Source: Alphaproteobacteria bacterium
Lineage (GTDB): Bacteria; Pseudomonadota; Alphaproteobacteria; JAAXGF01
Reading direction: 5' to 3'
Length of the DNA stretch: 64,000 nucleotides
NCBI GenBank assembly: GCA_963555825.3
Contig: CAUVXB020000002.1
Span: 3,232,001 to 3,296,000, forward strand
Notes under the pieces: model-generated
The model's database searches: none
Told to the model about the DNA's origin: nothing
Seen by the model: the letters and a program-made list of their open reading frames with translations, nothing else
Position numbers and translations under genes: made by a program
Shown: piece after piece, positions 1 through 9,259 of the stretch
Numbering within the stretch: position 1 is the first letter of the stretch
Layout of the letters: every line of letters starts with the position of its first letter

Positions 1-1
1 C

Positions 2-1468
2 GCGAAGACGTCGCGGAACCGGATCGAGACGCTGGAAGTCCAGCTTGAGAGGCTTCGTGCGACCGGGGCGGTGCTGTCGAGGGCGCTCTACGGCCGCAAG
101 AGCGAGCAGCAGGACAAGCCGGGCTCGGAACACAAGCGCGGCCAGCAGCGCGGCGCGCCCGGCCACGGCCGCACCCAGCGGCCCGGGCTCGATGAGCGCA
201 CCGAAGAGCACAACCCGCCGCCGGATGCGTGCGTCTGCGGCCGGTGCGGGCAGCCCTATGCGCCGAACGGCGCCGAGGAATCCACCCTCGTCGAGATCGA
301 GGTCAAGGCCTACAAGCGCGTGATCCGCCGTCCGCGCTGGCGCCGGACCTGCGAGTGCGCGTCGTCGCCCATGGAAGTGTCGGCGCCCCCGGTGCCGCGG
401 CTGTTCCCCAGGACGCTCTACGGGACCAGCTTCTGGGCACGCTTCCTGTTCGAGCACTGTGCCTGCTTCCGCCCCGTGCACCGCGTTGCCGCGTGGATGT
501 CCGCCCAAGGGCTGACGGTCTCGCCGGGGACGCTGGCCGACAGCCTGAAGCGGTTCGTGCCGCTGCTCGAGCCGCTGGCCGAGGCGATCCTTGCGCACCA
601 GAACAAGGCGGCGCTGCGCCATGCCGACGAGACCAGCTGGCGCGTCCAGGAACTTCGCGGGGAAGACCGCTCGAGCCGCGCCTGGCTGTGGGTCTCGGTC
701 AGCAATGACGCGGTCTCTTTCCATATCGACCCCTCGCGCAGCGCCGAGGCGGCGCAGAAGCTGTTCGGCGACGCTCTCCTCGACACGGTCATCGTCTGCG
801 ATCGCTATAGCGCCTACAAGCGACTCGCTCGCCTTCGCGAGGGCAAAGTGACCCTTGCATTCTGTTGGTCCCATATGCGCCGCGATTTTGTCGAGTGCGC
901 GGCCGGCCAGGTGAGACTGACGGACTGGTGCCAGGGATGGATCGAGCGGATCGCGTCGGTCTACCGCCTGAACGAGGCGAGGTTGGCTCATTACGACCCC
1001 GTGATCAAGCGCCAGACGCCGGCGTTCGACGCGGCGCAGGGCGCGTTGAAGGCGGCGCTCGACGGCCTGTTCGCGGAGGCCGCCCGGGAGTTGGTCGGCC
1101 TGCCGGACCAGGCGCGCCAGGGCAGGGCGCTGCGCTCGCTGCTGAACCATCGCGAAGGGCTGAGCGTGTTCGTCGACCGCCCGCAGGTGCCTCTGGATAA
1201 CAATCGCGCCGAAAGATTGTTACGAGGTCCGGCCATAGGGCGACGGCTGTCGTTCGGTTCCGACAGCGAGGACGGCGCCAGGTTCACGGCGATCATGTAC
1301 TCGGTGGTGGGCACGCTCTCGATGAATGGCATCGACATCCTGAGCTGGCTGGACACGTGGCTCGCAGCGTGCGCGGAGAACGATCGCAAACCACCGGACG
1401 ACCTGTCGCCGTGGCTGCCATGGTCGATGAGCGAGGAGCGCAGGCGCGAACTCATGGCGCCGGCGTGA
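2..1468 (+). CDS. tnpC: IS66-family transposase (TnpC-like), 5' end outside window
   Basis: Frame open from position 2; LYGRKSE, GQQRGAPGHGR, CxCxxC zinc finger, HADETSW, CDRYSAY, CWSHMRRDF, DNNRAERLLR motifs. Confidence 0.93.
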   Translation, partial: AKTSRNRIETLEVQLERLRATGAVLSRALYGRKSEQQDKPGSEHKRGQQRGAPGHGRTQRPGLDERTEEHNPPPDACVCGRCGQPYAPNGAEESTLVEIEVKAYKRVIRRPRWRRTCECASSPMEVSAPPVPRLFPRTLYGTSFWARFLFEHCACFRPVHRVAAWMSAQGLTVSPGTLADSLKRFVPLLEPLAEAILAHQNKAALRHADETSWRVQELRGEDRSSRAWLWVSVSNDAVSFHIDPSRSAEAAQKLFGDALLDTVIVCDRYSAYKRLARLREGKVTLAFCWSHMRRDFVECAAGQVRLTDWCQGWIERIASVYRLNEARLAHYDPVIKRQTPAFDAAQGALKAALDGLFAEAARELVGLPDQARQGRALRSLLNHREGLSVFVDRPQVPLDNNRAERLLRGPAIGRRLSFGSDSEDGARFTAIMYSVVGTLSMNGIDILSWLDTWLAACAENDRKPPDDLSPWLPWSMSEERRRELMAPA

Positions 1469-2346
1469 CCGGCGCGATCGAGTGCCGTTATTACGGCCGC
1501 GACTTCACCGCCGGGGAAATGGCGCTGCTGCGCGCGCTGATCGCCGGGCCGCCGCCGTTGAACCGCCATATGCTGTCGAAGGAGTTCTGCCGGCGCATCG
1601 GCTGGTTCAAGCCCGACGGCGGCCTCAAGGACATGATGGCCAGGGTCGCCATGCTGGCCATGCACAGGGACGGCCTGATCGCCCTGCCGGCGCCGCAGGG
1701 ACGGCAGAACCGGCCCGGGCCGATCGTCTTCGGGCCGGACACCGAAGCGCCGCTGTTCCCGGCCCCGACGACCCTCGACAAGGTCCGTCCGCTCGACCTG
1801 CGCCCCGTCGTGCGCGGCACCCGGGAGAGCAAGCTCTGGAACGAGTTCGTCGCCCGCTACCACTATCTCGGATACAAGACCCTGGTCGGCGCCCAGATGC
1901 GCTACGCCGTCCACGACCGCGACGGCTGGCCGCTCGCCATGCTCGGCTTCTCCACCGCCGCGTGGAAGCTCGCCCCGCGCGACAACTTCATCGGATGGAC
2001 ACGGCAACTGCGCGAGAAGAACCTTCCCTTCGTGGTCGACAACCCGAGATTCCTGATCCTGCCCTGGATCAATATCCCCAACCTGGGTTCGCACATCCTG
2101 GCCATCATCCGCCGGCGCCTGCCCGATGACTGGACCGAGCGCTACAACACCACGCCCGTGCTCATCGAGACCTTCGTCGAGACCCCGCGCTACACCGGCG
2201 CCGTTTACAGGGCCTCCGGCTGGACCCGCGTCGGGACCACCCAGGGGCGCGGGCGCTACGACCGGGACAGGCAGTCCGACAAGCCTAAAAAGGATGTCTG
2301 GCTCCGGCCCCTGCGACGGGATTGGAAACGCACCCTCAATCGCTAA
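1465..2346 (+). CDS. DUF4338 (Druantia DruA-like) domain protein carried inside IS66
   Basis: GTG 1465 overlaps the transposase TGA (GTGA); motifs WNEFVARYHYLGY, AAWKLAPRDNFIGW, NPRFLILPW, LIETFVE, YRASGW, GTTQGRG. Confidence 0.85.
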   Translation: MTGAIECRYYGRDFTAGEMALLRALIAGPPPLNRHMLSKEFCRRIGWFKPDGGLKDMMARVAMLAMHRDGLIALPAPQGRQNRPGPIVFGPDTEAPLFPAPTTLDKVRPLDLRPVVRGTRESKLWNEFVARYHYLGYKTLVGAQMRYAVHDRDGWPLAMLGFSTAAWKLAPRDNFIGWTRQLREKNLPFVVDNPRFLILPWINIPNLGSHILAIIRRRLPDDWTERYNTTPVLIETFVETPRYTGAVYRASGWTRVGTTQGRGRYDRDRQSDKPKKDVWLRPLRRDWKRTLNR

Positions 2347-2379
2347 AATCGGCCGGGGCGAATGGAAACGCCCGCGCTG

Positions 2380-2438
2380 ATTCCACGGCCTGAACGAACG
2401 CTTACTCGAACGGTAAGCGTTCGTTCAGGCCGTGGAAT
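2380..2438. repeat. Perfect 26-bp inverted repeat: IS66 right end, 7-bp spacer, IS66 left end
   Basis: attccacggcctgaacgaacgcttac (2380-2405) - tcgaacg - gtaagcgttcgttcaggccgtggaat (2413-2438). Confidence 0.9.
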
Positions 2439-2760
2439 GGGTCCCGTCAAGCGCATCTCCCACGTTGAGGCGAGGCCCCACAAGGTGCTGTCTTTCTGCT
2501 GGTAACGCGATTTGCCATGCGCTATCGTCGTGCGCATGGTGGTTCTGGACGAGGATTTTGGCACCAACCTGACGCTGGTCGAGGGTAATGGCGGGGTCCG
2601 GTTGTCCCCCGTGTCGGTGCCGGAGCACGCGCCGCGCGACTGGCGGTCACAGTGTGAGCGGGAACGGGCGCGGGCGGACGCGGCCGAAGCGCGCGCGGAA
2701 GAGCTGCGCTGGGCGGAAGTGGCCGCCCGCAGCGATGGCGGTTCGTGGAAGTCTCGGTTC
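2413..2760 (+). pseudogene. Truncated second IS66 copy: left IR plus start of a coiled-coil ORF, cut by the CRISPR array
   Basis: Starts with GTAAG IR; ORF ...RDWRSQCERERARADAAEARAEELRWAEVAARSDGGSWKSRF runs straight into a repeat fragment. Confidence 0.7.
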
Positions 2761-4266
2761 CCCGCGCGTGCGGGGAACAGATCGGTCGGTTGGTGAAAAG
2801 TCGTCTAAACAACGGTTCATCCCCGCGCGTGCGGGGAACAGGCTCAGTGTCGCTCACGCCATGAGTTGCCCACCGGTTCATCCCCGCGCGTGCGGGGAAC
2901 AGCAGCACCAGGGCGATTACGGCAACTTCATCGGCGGTTCATCCCCGCGCGTGCGGGGAACAGACCTCAACGATTGTTGCAACCTGAATGAGATACGGTT
3001 CATCGCCGCGCTAAGAACGGTTCATCCCCGCGCGTGCGGGGAACAGACGATCCGCCGTCACAACGATACGGTTGACTACGGTTCATCCCCGCGCGTGCGG
3101 GGAACAGCTGATGCGGGAACTGGTCGTCGCGCGTCAGGACGGTTCATCCCCGCGCGTGCGGGGAACAGCTCACCCGTCATGGTGTCGCCAGACACGTTTA
3201 CGGTTCATCCCCGCGCGTGCGGGGAACAGGGATGAAGCGGCCGGCGGACTTGGTCATGCGGCGGTTCATCCCCGCGCGTGCGGGGAACAGATCGAGGTGG
3301 CCGCCGTGGATCGCGGCGAACGCGGTTCATCCCCGCGCGTGCGGGGAACAGCTTGGCGATGAAACGCCAGAACTGGTTGGCGCCGGTTCATCCCCGCGCG
3401 TGCGGGGAACAGCGACTTGCCCATTTCTACATCCCCCCGCCAGCCGGTTCATCCCCGCGCGTGCGGGGAACAGTCGACCGGATCGGGCGGTTCTGGAGCC
3501 GACGACGGTTCATCCCCGCGCGTGCGGGGAACAGATCTCAGCTGTATCTTCGGGGTTCTCCTCCACCGGTTCATCCCCGCGCGTGCGGGGAACAGCTTAG
3601 ATCCCGCAATTTGATATATCCTACAATCGGTTCATCCCCGCGCGTGCGGGGAACAGTCAAGTACTTAAACACCGGGTCCGAACAAGACCGGTTCATCCCC
3701 GCGCGTGCGGGGAACAGATTGACCTTCGGGTGCAGGACAGGGTCGACGCCGGTTCATCCCCGCGCGTGCGGGGAACAGGCAAGCCCGTATCGCTCCGGCA
3801 CGCTGGTCTACGGTTCATCCCCGCGCGTGCGGGGAACAGGCAACGTGGGACGATATCGCCAACACATACGACGGTTCATCCCCGCGCGTGCGGGGAACAG
3901 ATCGTCACCGTAACGTCAGTCGTCAAGTCGGTCGGTTCATCCCCGCGCGTGCGGGGAACAGGTGTCGGCCAGCGCCTCGCCGGGAAGCGGCACCGGTTCA
4001 TCCCCGCGCGTGCGGGGAACAGTAATCGATGATGTCGCCCAGCCCGCTATCGTCCGGTTCATCCCCGCGCGTGCGGGGAACAGCGCTCCGTTGACCAGCC
4101 CGAAGACCGGGCAGGCGGTTCATCCCCGCGCGTGCGGGGAACAGACTATGGCGATTTCATCGGCTACGATGATTACCGGTTCATCCCCGCGCGTGCGGGG
4201 AACAGGCGGCGACCGCCGTTTTCCCGGATCCGGTGGGCGGTTCATCCCCGCGCGTGCGGGGAACAG
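2755..4266 (-). CRISPR. Type I-E CRISPR array, 29-bp repeat CTGTTCCCCGCACGCGCGGGGATGAACCG (minus strand), 26 repeat units, 32-bp spacers
   Basis: cggttcatccccgcgcgtgcggggaacag recurs every 61 bp from 2813 to 4266; first unit (2755) lacks 3 nt; unit at 2996 is partial; reverse complement resembles the E. coli I-E repeat; no cas genes in the window. Confidence 0.98.
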
Positions 4267-4267
4267 T

Positions 4268-5770
4268 CTGCGCCGCCTCGCCAAACGCCGGGGCATCCTG
4301 CTCGGCCAGTGGGGCGCGGGCCGCAACGCCAAGCTGATCGGCTGGTCCCTGGAAGGCTCCGCCATCACCGTGGCCCCGCCCCGCGTCGGCAAGGGCGCTC
4401 TCATCGCCCTTAACCTGCTGTCGCCCGGCGACCGGGGGTTCCAGGGATCGACGGTCACTATTGACCCGCGCGGCGAGCTCTGGTGTATCGCCGCCCGGCG
4501 CAGGCGCGAGCTGGGCCGCCGGGTTCTGCTGATCGATCCCTTCAGGGTGGTGGCCGAGCACAAGAAGTTCAAGGAAACCCATTTGCCTGACGTTGAAAGC
4601 GCGTCCTACAACCCGCTCGACTTTATTCGAGACGATGAAAGCCTCGCCGTGCGCGACATCAACGTGCTGCTCGATGCCCTGCTCACGCCGCCGCGCCCGG
4701 ACGCGCATAACAGCGGCCGGCATTTCTACGAATCCGCCCGCGCGATCATCGCCGGTTACATGGCATGGGTTCGTTTCCAGGAACCGGCCGAGAGGCAAAA
4801 CCTGTCCACTCTTTACGAGTTGCTCTCGATGCCACCGAAGGAAAGGGATGATTTTGCCGAGGGGGTGGCCTCAATGGACCGCTTTGCCGGCGGGCTCACC
4901 CATATCGCGGTTGAGCGCCAGGCCCAGGTCGGCGATGAGGAAGGCGGCAGCAATTTCATGACCATCGCCAACCAGCTCGCCTTCCTGAACTACCCTGAAT
5001 TGCTCGCCCATACGCAAACCTCCAGCTTCGATCCCTTGGATCTGGCGGAGGGCGATACCGACCTCTTCGTCGTTGCGCCGGAAGAGACCATCGAGCACGT
5101 CAAGGGCTGGCTGCGCCTGTGGGTCGCCATCCCCAACGCCGTCGCCGGTATCAAACCGCTTGAGCGTGATCTTCTTATCGTCATCGACGAGATGCCGCGG
5201 CTTGGTTACCTCAAGCCGGTCATGGACGGCTACACCATGGCCGCCGGCAAGGGCGTCCACTTCTGGTGCTTCGCCCAGTCGATCTCGGCGCTCGATTCGA
5301 CCTGGGGCAAGGAGCACCGCAAAACGCTCCTGCATCTGGCCGAACTGGTCCAGATCCTGGGCTTCCCGCGCACCGACGCCGAGGGCGCGGAGGAACTCTC
5401 CAGGGCCATCGGCACCGCCACTTTCGAGGCCAGGACCGAGAACCGCTCCGGCACCATCGCCGAGAACCGCATCGTCACCGCCAACACGCAATGGCAGGCC
5501 GGCGAATCCCGCGCCCTGGTGCGCGAGCGCCTGATCACCCCCGATGAACTCATGACGCTTGGCCCCGACCACCAATACGTCATCGCCTCGCCCAAGGACA
5601 TGCCGCGCGATGCGCTGCATCTCCATCACGCCCACTACTGGCGCCGTTGGGATTCCCGCGATCTTGCCGATCCCAACCCGTTCGTCATCCGCAAAGAACG
5701 CGCGGAAAAGGCCAACACAAAGCGGGTGTGGCCGCAATTCAAACTGCCCTTTGGAGGAAAAGCGTTATGA
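4268..5770 (+). pseudogene. virD4: Type IV coupling protein (VirD4/TraG family), N-terminus replaced by the CRISPR array
   Basis: GILLGQ, Walker A-like APPRVGKG, TIDPRGEL, LIDPF, YNPLDF, Walker B IVIDEMPRLG, FAQSISAL, ERLITPDEL; no native start after the last repeat. Confidence 0.85.
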
Positions 5771-6549
5771 CGGAGAAACTTGAACAATTGGCAGGCAATC
5801 GCGATCCTGGGGCCAATGAAGCATTAAGGCCCGCCGGATGGACACGCGCTTCGGCAATTGGCGCTCCGAGAAGCGCGGCGCCCGCCGGGGAAGTCCCGGG
5901 TGAGGATCGCGGGGAGACAGCATCGGAGAGCCTCGTGGCGAACACGGGCGATCCATCTCAGCCAGCCGGAAGTGATGGCGCGAAGGATCTGCCGGGCGGC
6001 GGTACTGGGGGCGACCCCGATCCGGAACGCGTCCCGGCCGATGAAATCGCAACACTTGCAAACGTCCTTGATCTGACGCGCCGCATTTGCGCGCGCCTCG
6101 GCAAGGAACCGGGCGTTAATTTGGTCGAGCTAAGTGGGAAAGTCGACGAGCTTACCCTTGCCATGGAGAAGTTCGCGTCCGGGGCGGAGAAAACCGGAGC
6201 CGCGCTCGATAAGGTGCTGGCTGCGCGGGAAGCCGCAACAGGCGAAACCGCGAAATGTGTCGAGGACAATAATCGGAAAGTCACGGCCGACTTCCACCGC
6301 TGGGCAGACACGCAGCGCCGGTATCGCTTTCGATTGTCGGCGCTCGCGCTGGCCGTCGCCGTACCCGCCTTCTTTATGCTCGGTGTGCTGCTTGAGCAAC
6401 AATTCCAGATCGTGCCGCTCCACGATCCGACCAGCGGCTGGAGCGCCCACATCTGGCAGAACTACGGCCGCACGATCGTCGATTGCGCGGAGGATGCGAG
6501 ACGGACGAACAAGGCGATCGAGTGCAGGTTTCCCGTTCACGCGCCTTGA
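5767..6549 (+). CDS. Hypothetical protein (coiled coil plus one transmembrane helix) coupled to virD4
   Basis: ATG 5767 overlaps the virD4 TGA; GGAGG upstream; hydrophobic segment LSALALAVAVPAFFMLGVLL. Confidence 0.7.
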   Translation: MTEKLEQLAGNRDPGANEALRPAGWTRASAIGAPRSAAPAGEVPGEDRGETASESLVANTGDPSQPAGSDGAKDLPGGGTGGDPDPERVPADEIATLANVLDLTRRICARLGKEPGVNLVELSGKVDELTLAMEKFASGAEKTGAALDKVLAAREAATGETAKCVEDNNRKVTADFHRWADTQRRYRFRLSALALAVAVPAFFMLGVLLEQQFQIVPLHDPTSGWSAHIWQNYGRTIVDCAEDARRTNKAIECRFPVHAP

Positions 6550-6654
6550 CGGCCAAGCATAACCGGCCTTTAGCCGGTCCCCTGAACGGCCTCTTTTTCC
6601 CCGTTCACGTTACAAACGCGTTGCCCTGGCAGAGCGGCACGAGTGGTCGCCGAT

Positions 6655-7104
6655 TTACCGGACGGCCGCGGTTTGGGCAACGGTCTCGGGTCCCTCGCCA
6701 CCGAACCGTGTGGCGGCGAAGCCGATGACGAGCCCGGCGATGGCGCCCTCGGCGACAAACCAGAACGGGGAAGACAAGATGCCCTCCGGACCGAACACGG
6801 ACGCAATGGCGTCGGCCAGCGTGTCATAGGCAAAGAACGTCAGCACGAAGTTCATCCATGCCCCCAAAAGGGGTGCCAGAAACTACCACGGCATCGGCAC
6901 TTTCAACATTGGGGGCCGCGTGTAGCCGCCGATCACGCCGATGATCGCGCCCAGCGTCGTGTACCAGAGCAATATTCCCCAGCGCAGCAGGCTGTCATCG
7001 CCGACCGGATAGACAGTGAGGTAGATAAATCCCGCAAGGCCGAGCAGGGCGCCGAGCGTTTTGCCGACGGCGATGCGGGTGTTCAACGAGGGATTGCCGA
7101 ACAT
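6655..7104 (-). pseudogene. Membrane protein with an in-frame premature stop
   Basis: ORFs 6883-7104 and 6655-6867 share a frame and are separated by TGG TAG; both halves are hydrophobic. Confidence 0.7.
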
Positions 7105-7149
7105 TTGAACCTCCAGGGTTATTGGCGTTGCCGGTCAGGCCGGAAGTAT

Positions 7150-7178
7150 CCGCAATCGGCCGCAATCGGCCGCAATCG
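7150..7178. repeat. 10-bp tandem repeat (ccgcaatcgg), about 3 copies
   Basis: Read directly; lies just upstream of the membrane-protein gene. Confidence 0.8.
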
Positions 7179-7283
7179 ATTGTCCGAAATCGTATTGATG
7201 TTGCGTTCGGTGCAAGAGCCGATGGCTGGCGGTGTGGGCTACGGGAGGCAATAGCCCGCACCTGGAGGGCCGGCGCATGCCGC

Positions 7284-7768
7284 CTAATTGGCGTTGTTAC
7301 GCTTTTGCGGCCCCCGGCGGTGGCGCCACCGGTCACTCATCGACAGCCTGCCGTCGTCGTTGCGGTCCAGCCGCTCGACGATGTTGGCCAACGGCCTGTC
7401 GTACTCCGCGCGCGAGATGACAGCGTTGCCGTCCGTATCCAGCATCTGGAAGGCGCGCACGGTGAGCGGGCGCGTGGTTTCATGCCAGACGCCGGCGAAT
7501 TCATCGAGGCTGAGGTTGCCGTCGCTGTCGCCATCGTGGGCCGCATGACGGTCATCGCGCACCTTGTCGATCTCCGCCTGGCTGAGCTTGCCGTCACCGT
7601 CGGTGTCGATGGAATCGATTATTTCCATCGCCATGAGTGCGAACTGTCCTTTGGCGAAAAAACCCATGCCGCCATGACCGCGTTCCGCGTAGCTCGCGCC
7701 CGCGAGTGCGATGCCGCCGATAGCCGCGGCGATGCCTATTCCGATCAGCCCTTCGTTCTCGTTCTCAT
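7284..7768 (-). pseudogene. Secreted EF-hand calcium-binding protein with an apparent frameshift in the signal peptide
   Basis: Four DxDxDG-type loops (DTDGDGKLS, DGDSDGNLS, DTDGNAVIS, DRNDDGRLS); AGGAG plus ATG 7768 gives MRTRTKG* one base out of frame with LIGIGIAAAIGG. Confidence 0.7.
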
Positions 7769-7810
7769 GGATATGCTCCTGCGTCGAATGTCTATGACCC
7801 AAATATAGGC

Positions 7811-9259
7811 GATCGTGTCCCGGCAGGTGGTGTAAGAGCGTTGCGCTCTACGCGGCTCCCGGCGGGTAGGGCCGGGACGTTCAGGCTGCCACGGTGGGCA
7901 GCGTGATGGGGACACCATCGCCCAGCGGAGCGATGGATTCCAGCGTCATGTATCTCCTTGAGACGGCCCACTCGTCGTTCTGCTCGAGAAGGATGGCGCC
8001 GACGAGCCGTGTGATGGCGTCTTCGTTGGGAAAGATGCCGACGACGTTGGTGCGGCGCTTGACCTCGGCATGGAGCCGTTCGATCGGGTTGGTCGAATGC
8101 AACTTCTGGCGGTGCTCCTTGGGGAAGCTCATGTAGGCGAGGACGTCGTGCTCGGCTTCGTCCATCAGGGCGGCGAGCTTGGGGACCTTGGGCCTGAGCT
8201 GGTCGGCGACCTGACGCCACTGGACCTTCGCGCTGTCGGCGTCCTCCTGGGCGAAGGCGGTGGCGACGAAGGCGGAGACGACGCGCCGACCCTGGCGGCC
8301 GGCATGGGCCAGCAGGTTGCGGGCGAAGTGCACGCGGCATCTTTGCCAGGTGGCGCCGAGGATCCGGGTCGCGGCGGCCTTCAGGCCCTTGTGGTCGTCG
8401 GAGATCACCAGCTTCACGCCGCGCAGCCCGCGCCGGGCCAGCGAGCGCAGGAACTCAGTCCAGAAGGTCTCGGCCTCCGACGCGCCGATCGCCATGCCCA
8501 GGACCTCGCGGCGGCCTTGGTCGTTGACGGCCACAGCCACGGTCACCGCGACCGAGACGATGCGTCCGGTCTGGCGCACCTTCACATAAGTCGCATCCAG
8601 CCACAGATAGGGCCAGTCGCCCTCCAGCGGTCGATCAAGGAAGCCGTTGACCTTATCGTCGATCTCGCCGCACAGCCTGGAGACCTGGCTCTTGGAGACG
8701 CCCGACATCCCCATCGCCTGAACCAGATCGTCGACCGAGCGGGTCGACACGCCCTGGATGTAGGCCTCCTGGATCACCGCAGCCAGCGCCTTCTCGGCCA
8801 TCCGCCGCGGCTCCAGGAAGCCGGGGAAGTAGCTCCCCTTCCTCAGCTTCGGGATCTTCAACTCGACCGTGCCGGCCCGGGTCTCCCAGGACCGGTCGCG
8901 GTAGCCGTTGCGGTGGGTGATACGATCCGCCGAGCGCTCGCCGTGAGCGGCGCCGGTCAGGCCCTCGACCTCCAGTGCCATCAGCCGCTCGGCCGTGAAG
9001 CCGATCATCTCGCGAAGCAGATCGGCATCGGAGCTCTTCTCCAAAAGCGCGCGTAGGGTCATCATGTCCTGGGTCATCGTGGTTCTCCTTCGGGTCAGGT
9101 TGGTTCGCACTAGCCCAACCCTAAACCGGAACCGCGATGGCCTCCGCTGTGGATAGCCGGCTTGCCTACGCCAGACTCTCGGCGGTCGCTACGGCAAGCC
9201 GCCTACCCACAGCTACCAGAGGCTCCAACAACTCCTACACCACGTCCTGGGACACGACC
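7811..9259 (-). mobile_element. IS256-family element with 8-bp target duplication
   Basis: Ends gatcgtgtcccggcaggtggtgtaagag / ctcctacaccacgtcctgggacacgacc; atataggc at 7803-7810 and 9260-9267. Confidence 0.93.
7881..9077 (-). CDS. IS256-family transposase
   Basis: [51 protein letters not shown]. Confidence 0.95.
   Translation of the reverse strand: MTQDMMTLRALLEKSSDADLLREMIGFTAERLMALEVEGLTGAAHGERSADRITHRNGYRDRSWETRAGTVELKIPKLRKGSYFPGFLEPRRMAEKALAAVIQEAYIQGVSTRSVDDLVQAMGMSGVSKSQVSRLCGEIDDKVNGFLDRPLEGDWPYLWLDATYVKVRQTGRIVSVAVTVAVAVNDQGRREVLGMAIGASEAETFWTEFLRSLARRGLRGVKLVISDDHKGLKAAATRILGATWQRCRVHFARNLLAHAGRQGRRVVSAFVATAFAQEDADSAKVQWRQVADQLRPKVPKLAALMDEAEHDVLAYMSFPKEHRQKLHSTNPIERLHAEVKRRTNVVGIFPNEDAITRLVGAILLEQNDEWAVSRRYMTLESIAPLGDGVPITLPTVAA

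Larger units (their letters stand above)
1..2405 (+). mobile_element. IS66-family element copy A (left part outside window): transposase plus DUF4338 passenger
   Basis: IS66 transposase ORF, then a coupled passenger ORF, ending in attccacggcctgaacgaacgcttac (2380-2405), whose reverse complement starts GTAA as IS66 inverted repeats do. Confidence 0.85.

Noticed and set aside
1465-2346. Complete Druantia system
   Set aside because: Only the DUF4338 domain is present; the SNF2 and Res helicases belong to a separate operon and do not look like DruE
2380-2438. Long hairpin as a rho-independent terminator or ncRNA
   Set aside because: No U-tract, and both arms are explained as IS66 terminal repeats
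2755-3017. Both damaged repeats break near the Cas6e cut position, hinting at RNA-templated events
   Set aside because: Microhomology (cggttc; catc[c/g]ccgcgc) at a hairpin base explains both more simply, and no reverse transcriptase is present
3413-3444. Spacer sharing tacatccccccgcc with IS21 (41678-41691) and a LAHFY-like match to an integrase
   Set aside because: Only 14 contiguous nt including a C run, with mismatched flanks; consistent with chance. No full self-targeting spacer found by eye
4267-4301. PAM evidence that the first 32 bp of virD4 is a protospacer
   Set aside because: Bases after 32 nt are tgc, not the ctt expected for an AAG PAM, so this does not support the spacer-join model
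2522-4572. Many ORFs across the CRISPR array (VHPRACGEQ, GSSPRVRGT, RFIPARAGN repeats)
   Set aside because: They are translations of the 29-bp repeat in rotating frames, not repeat proteins
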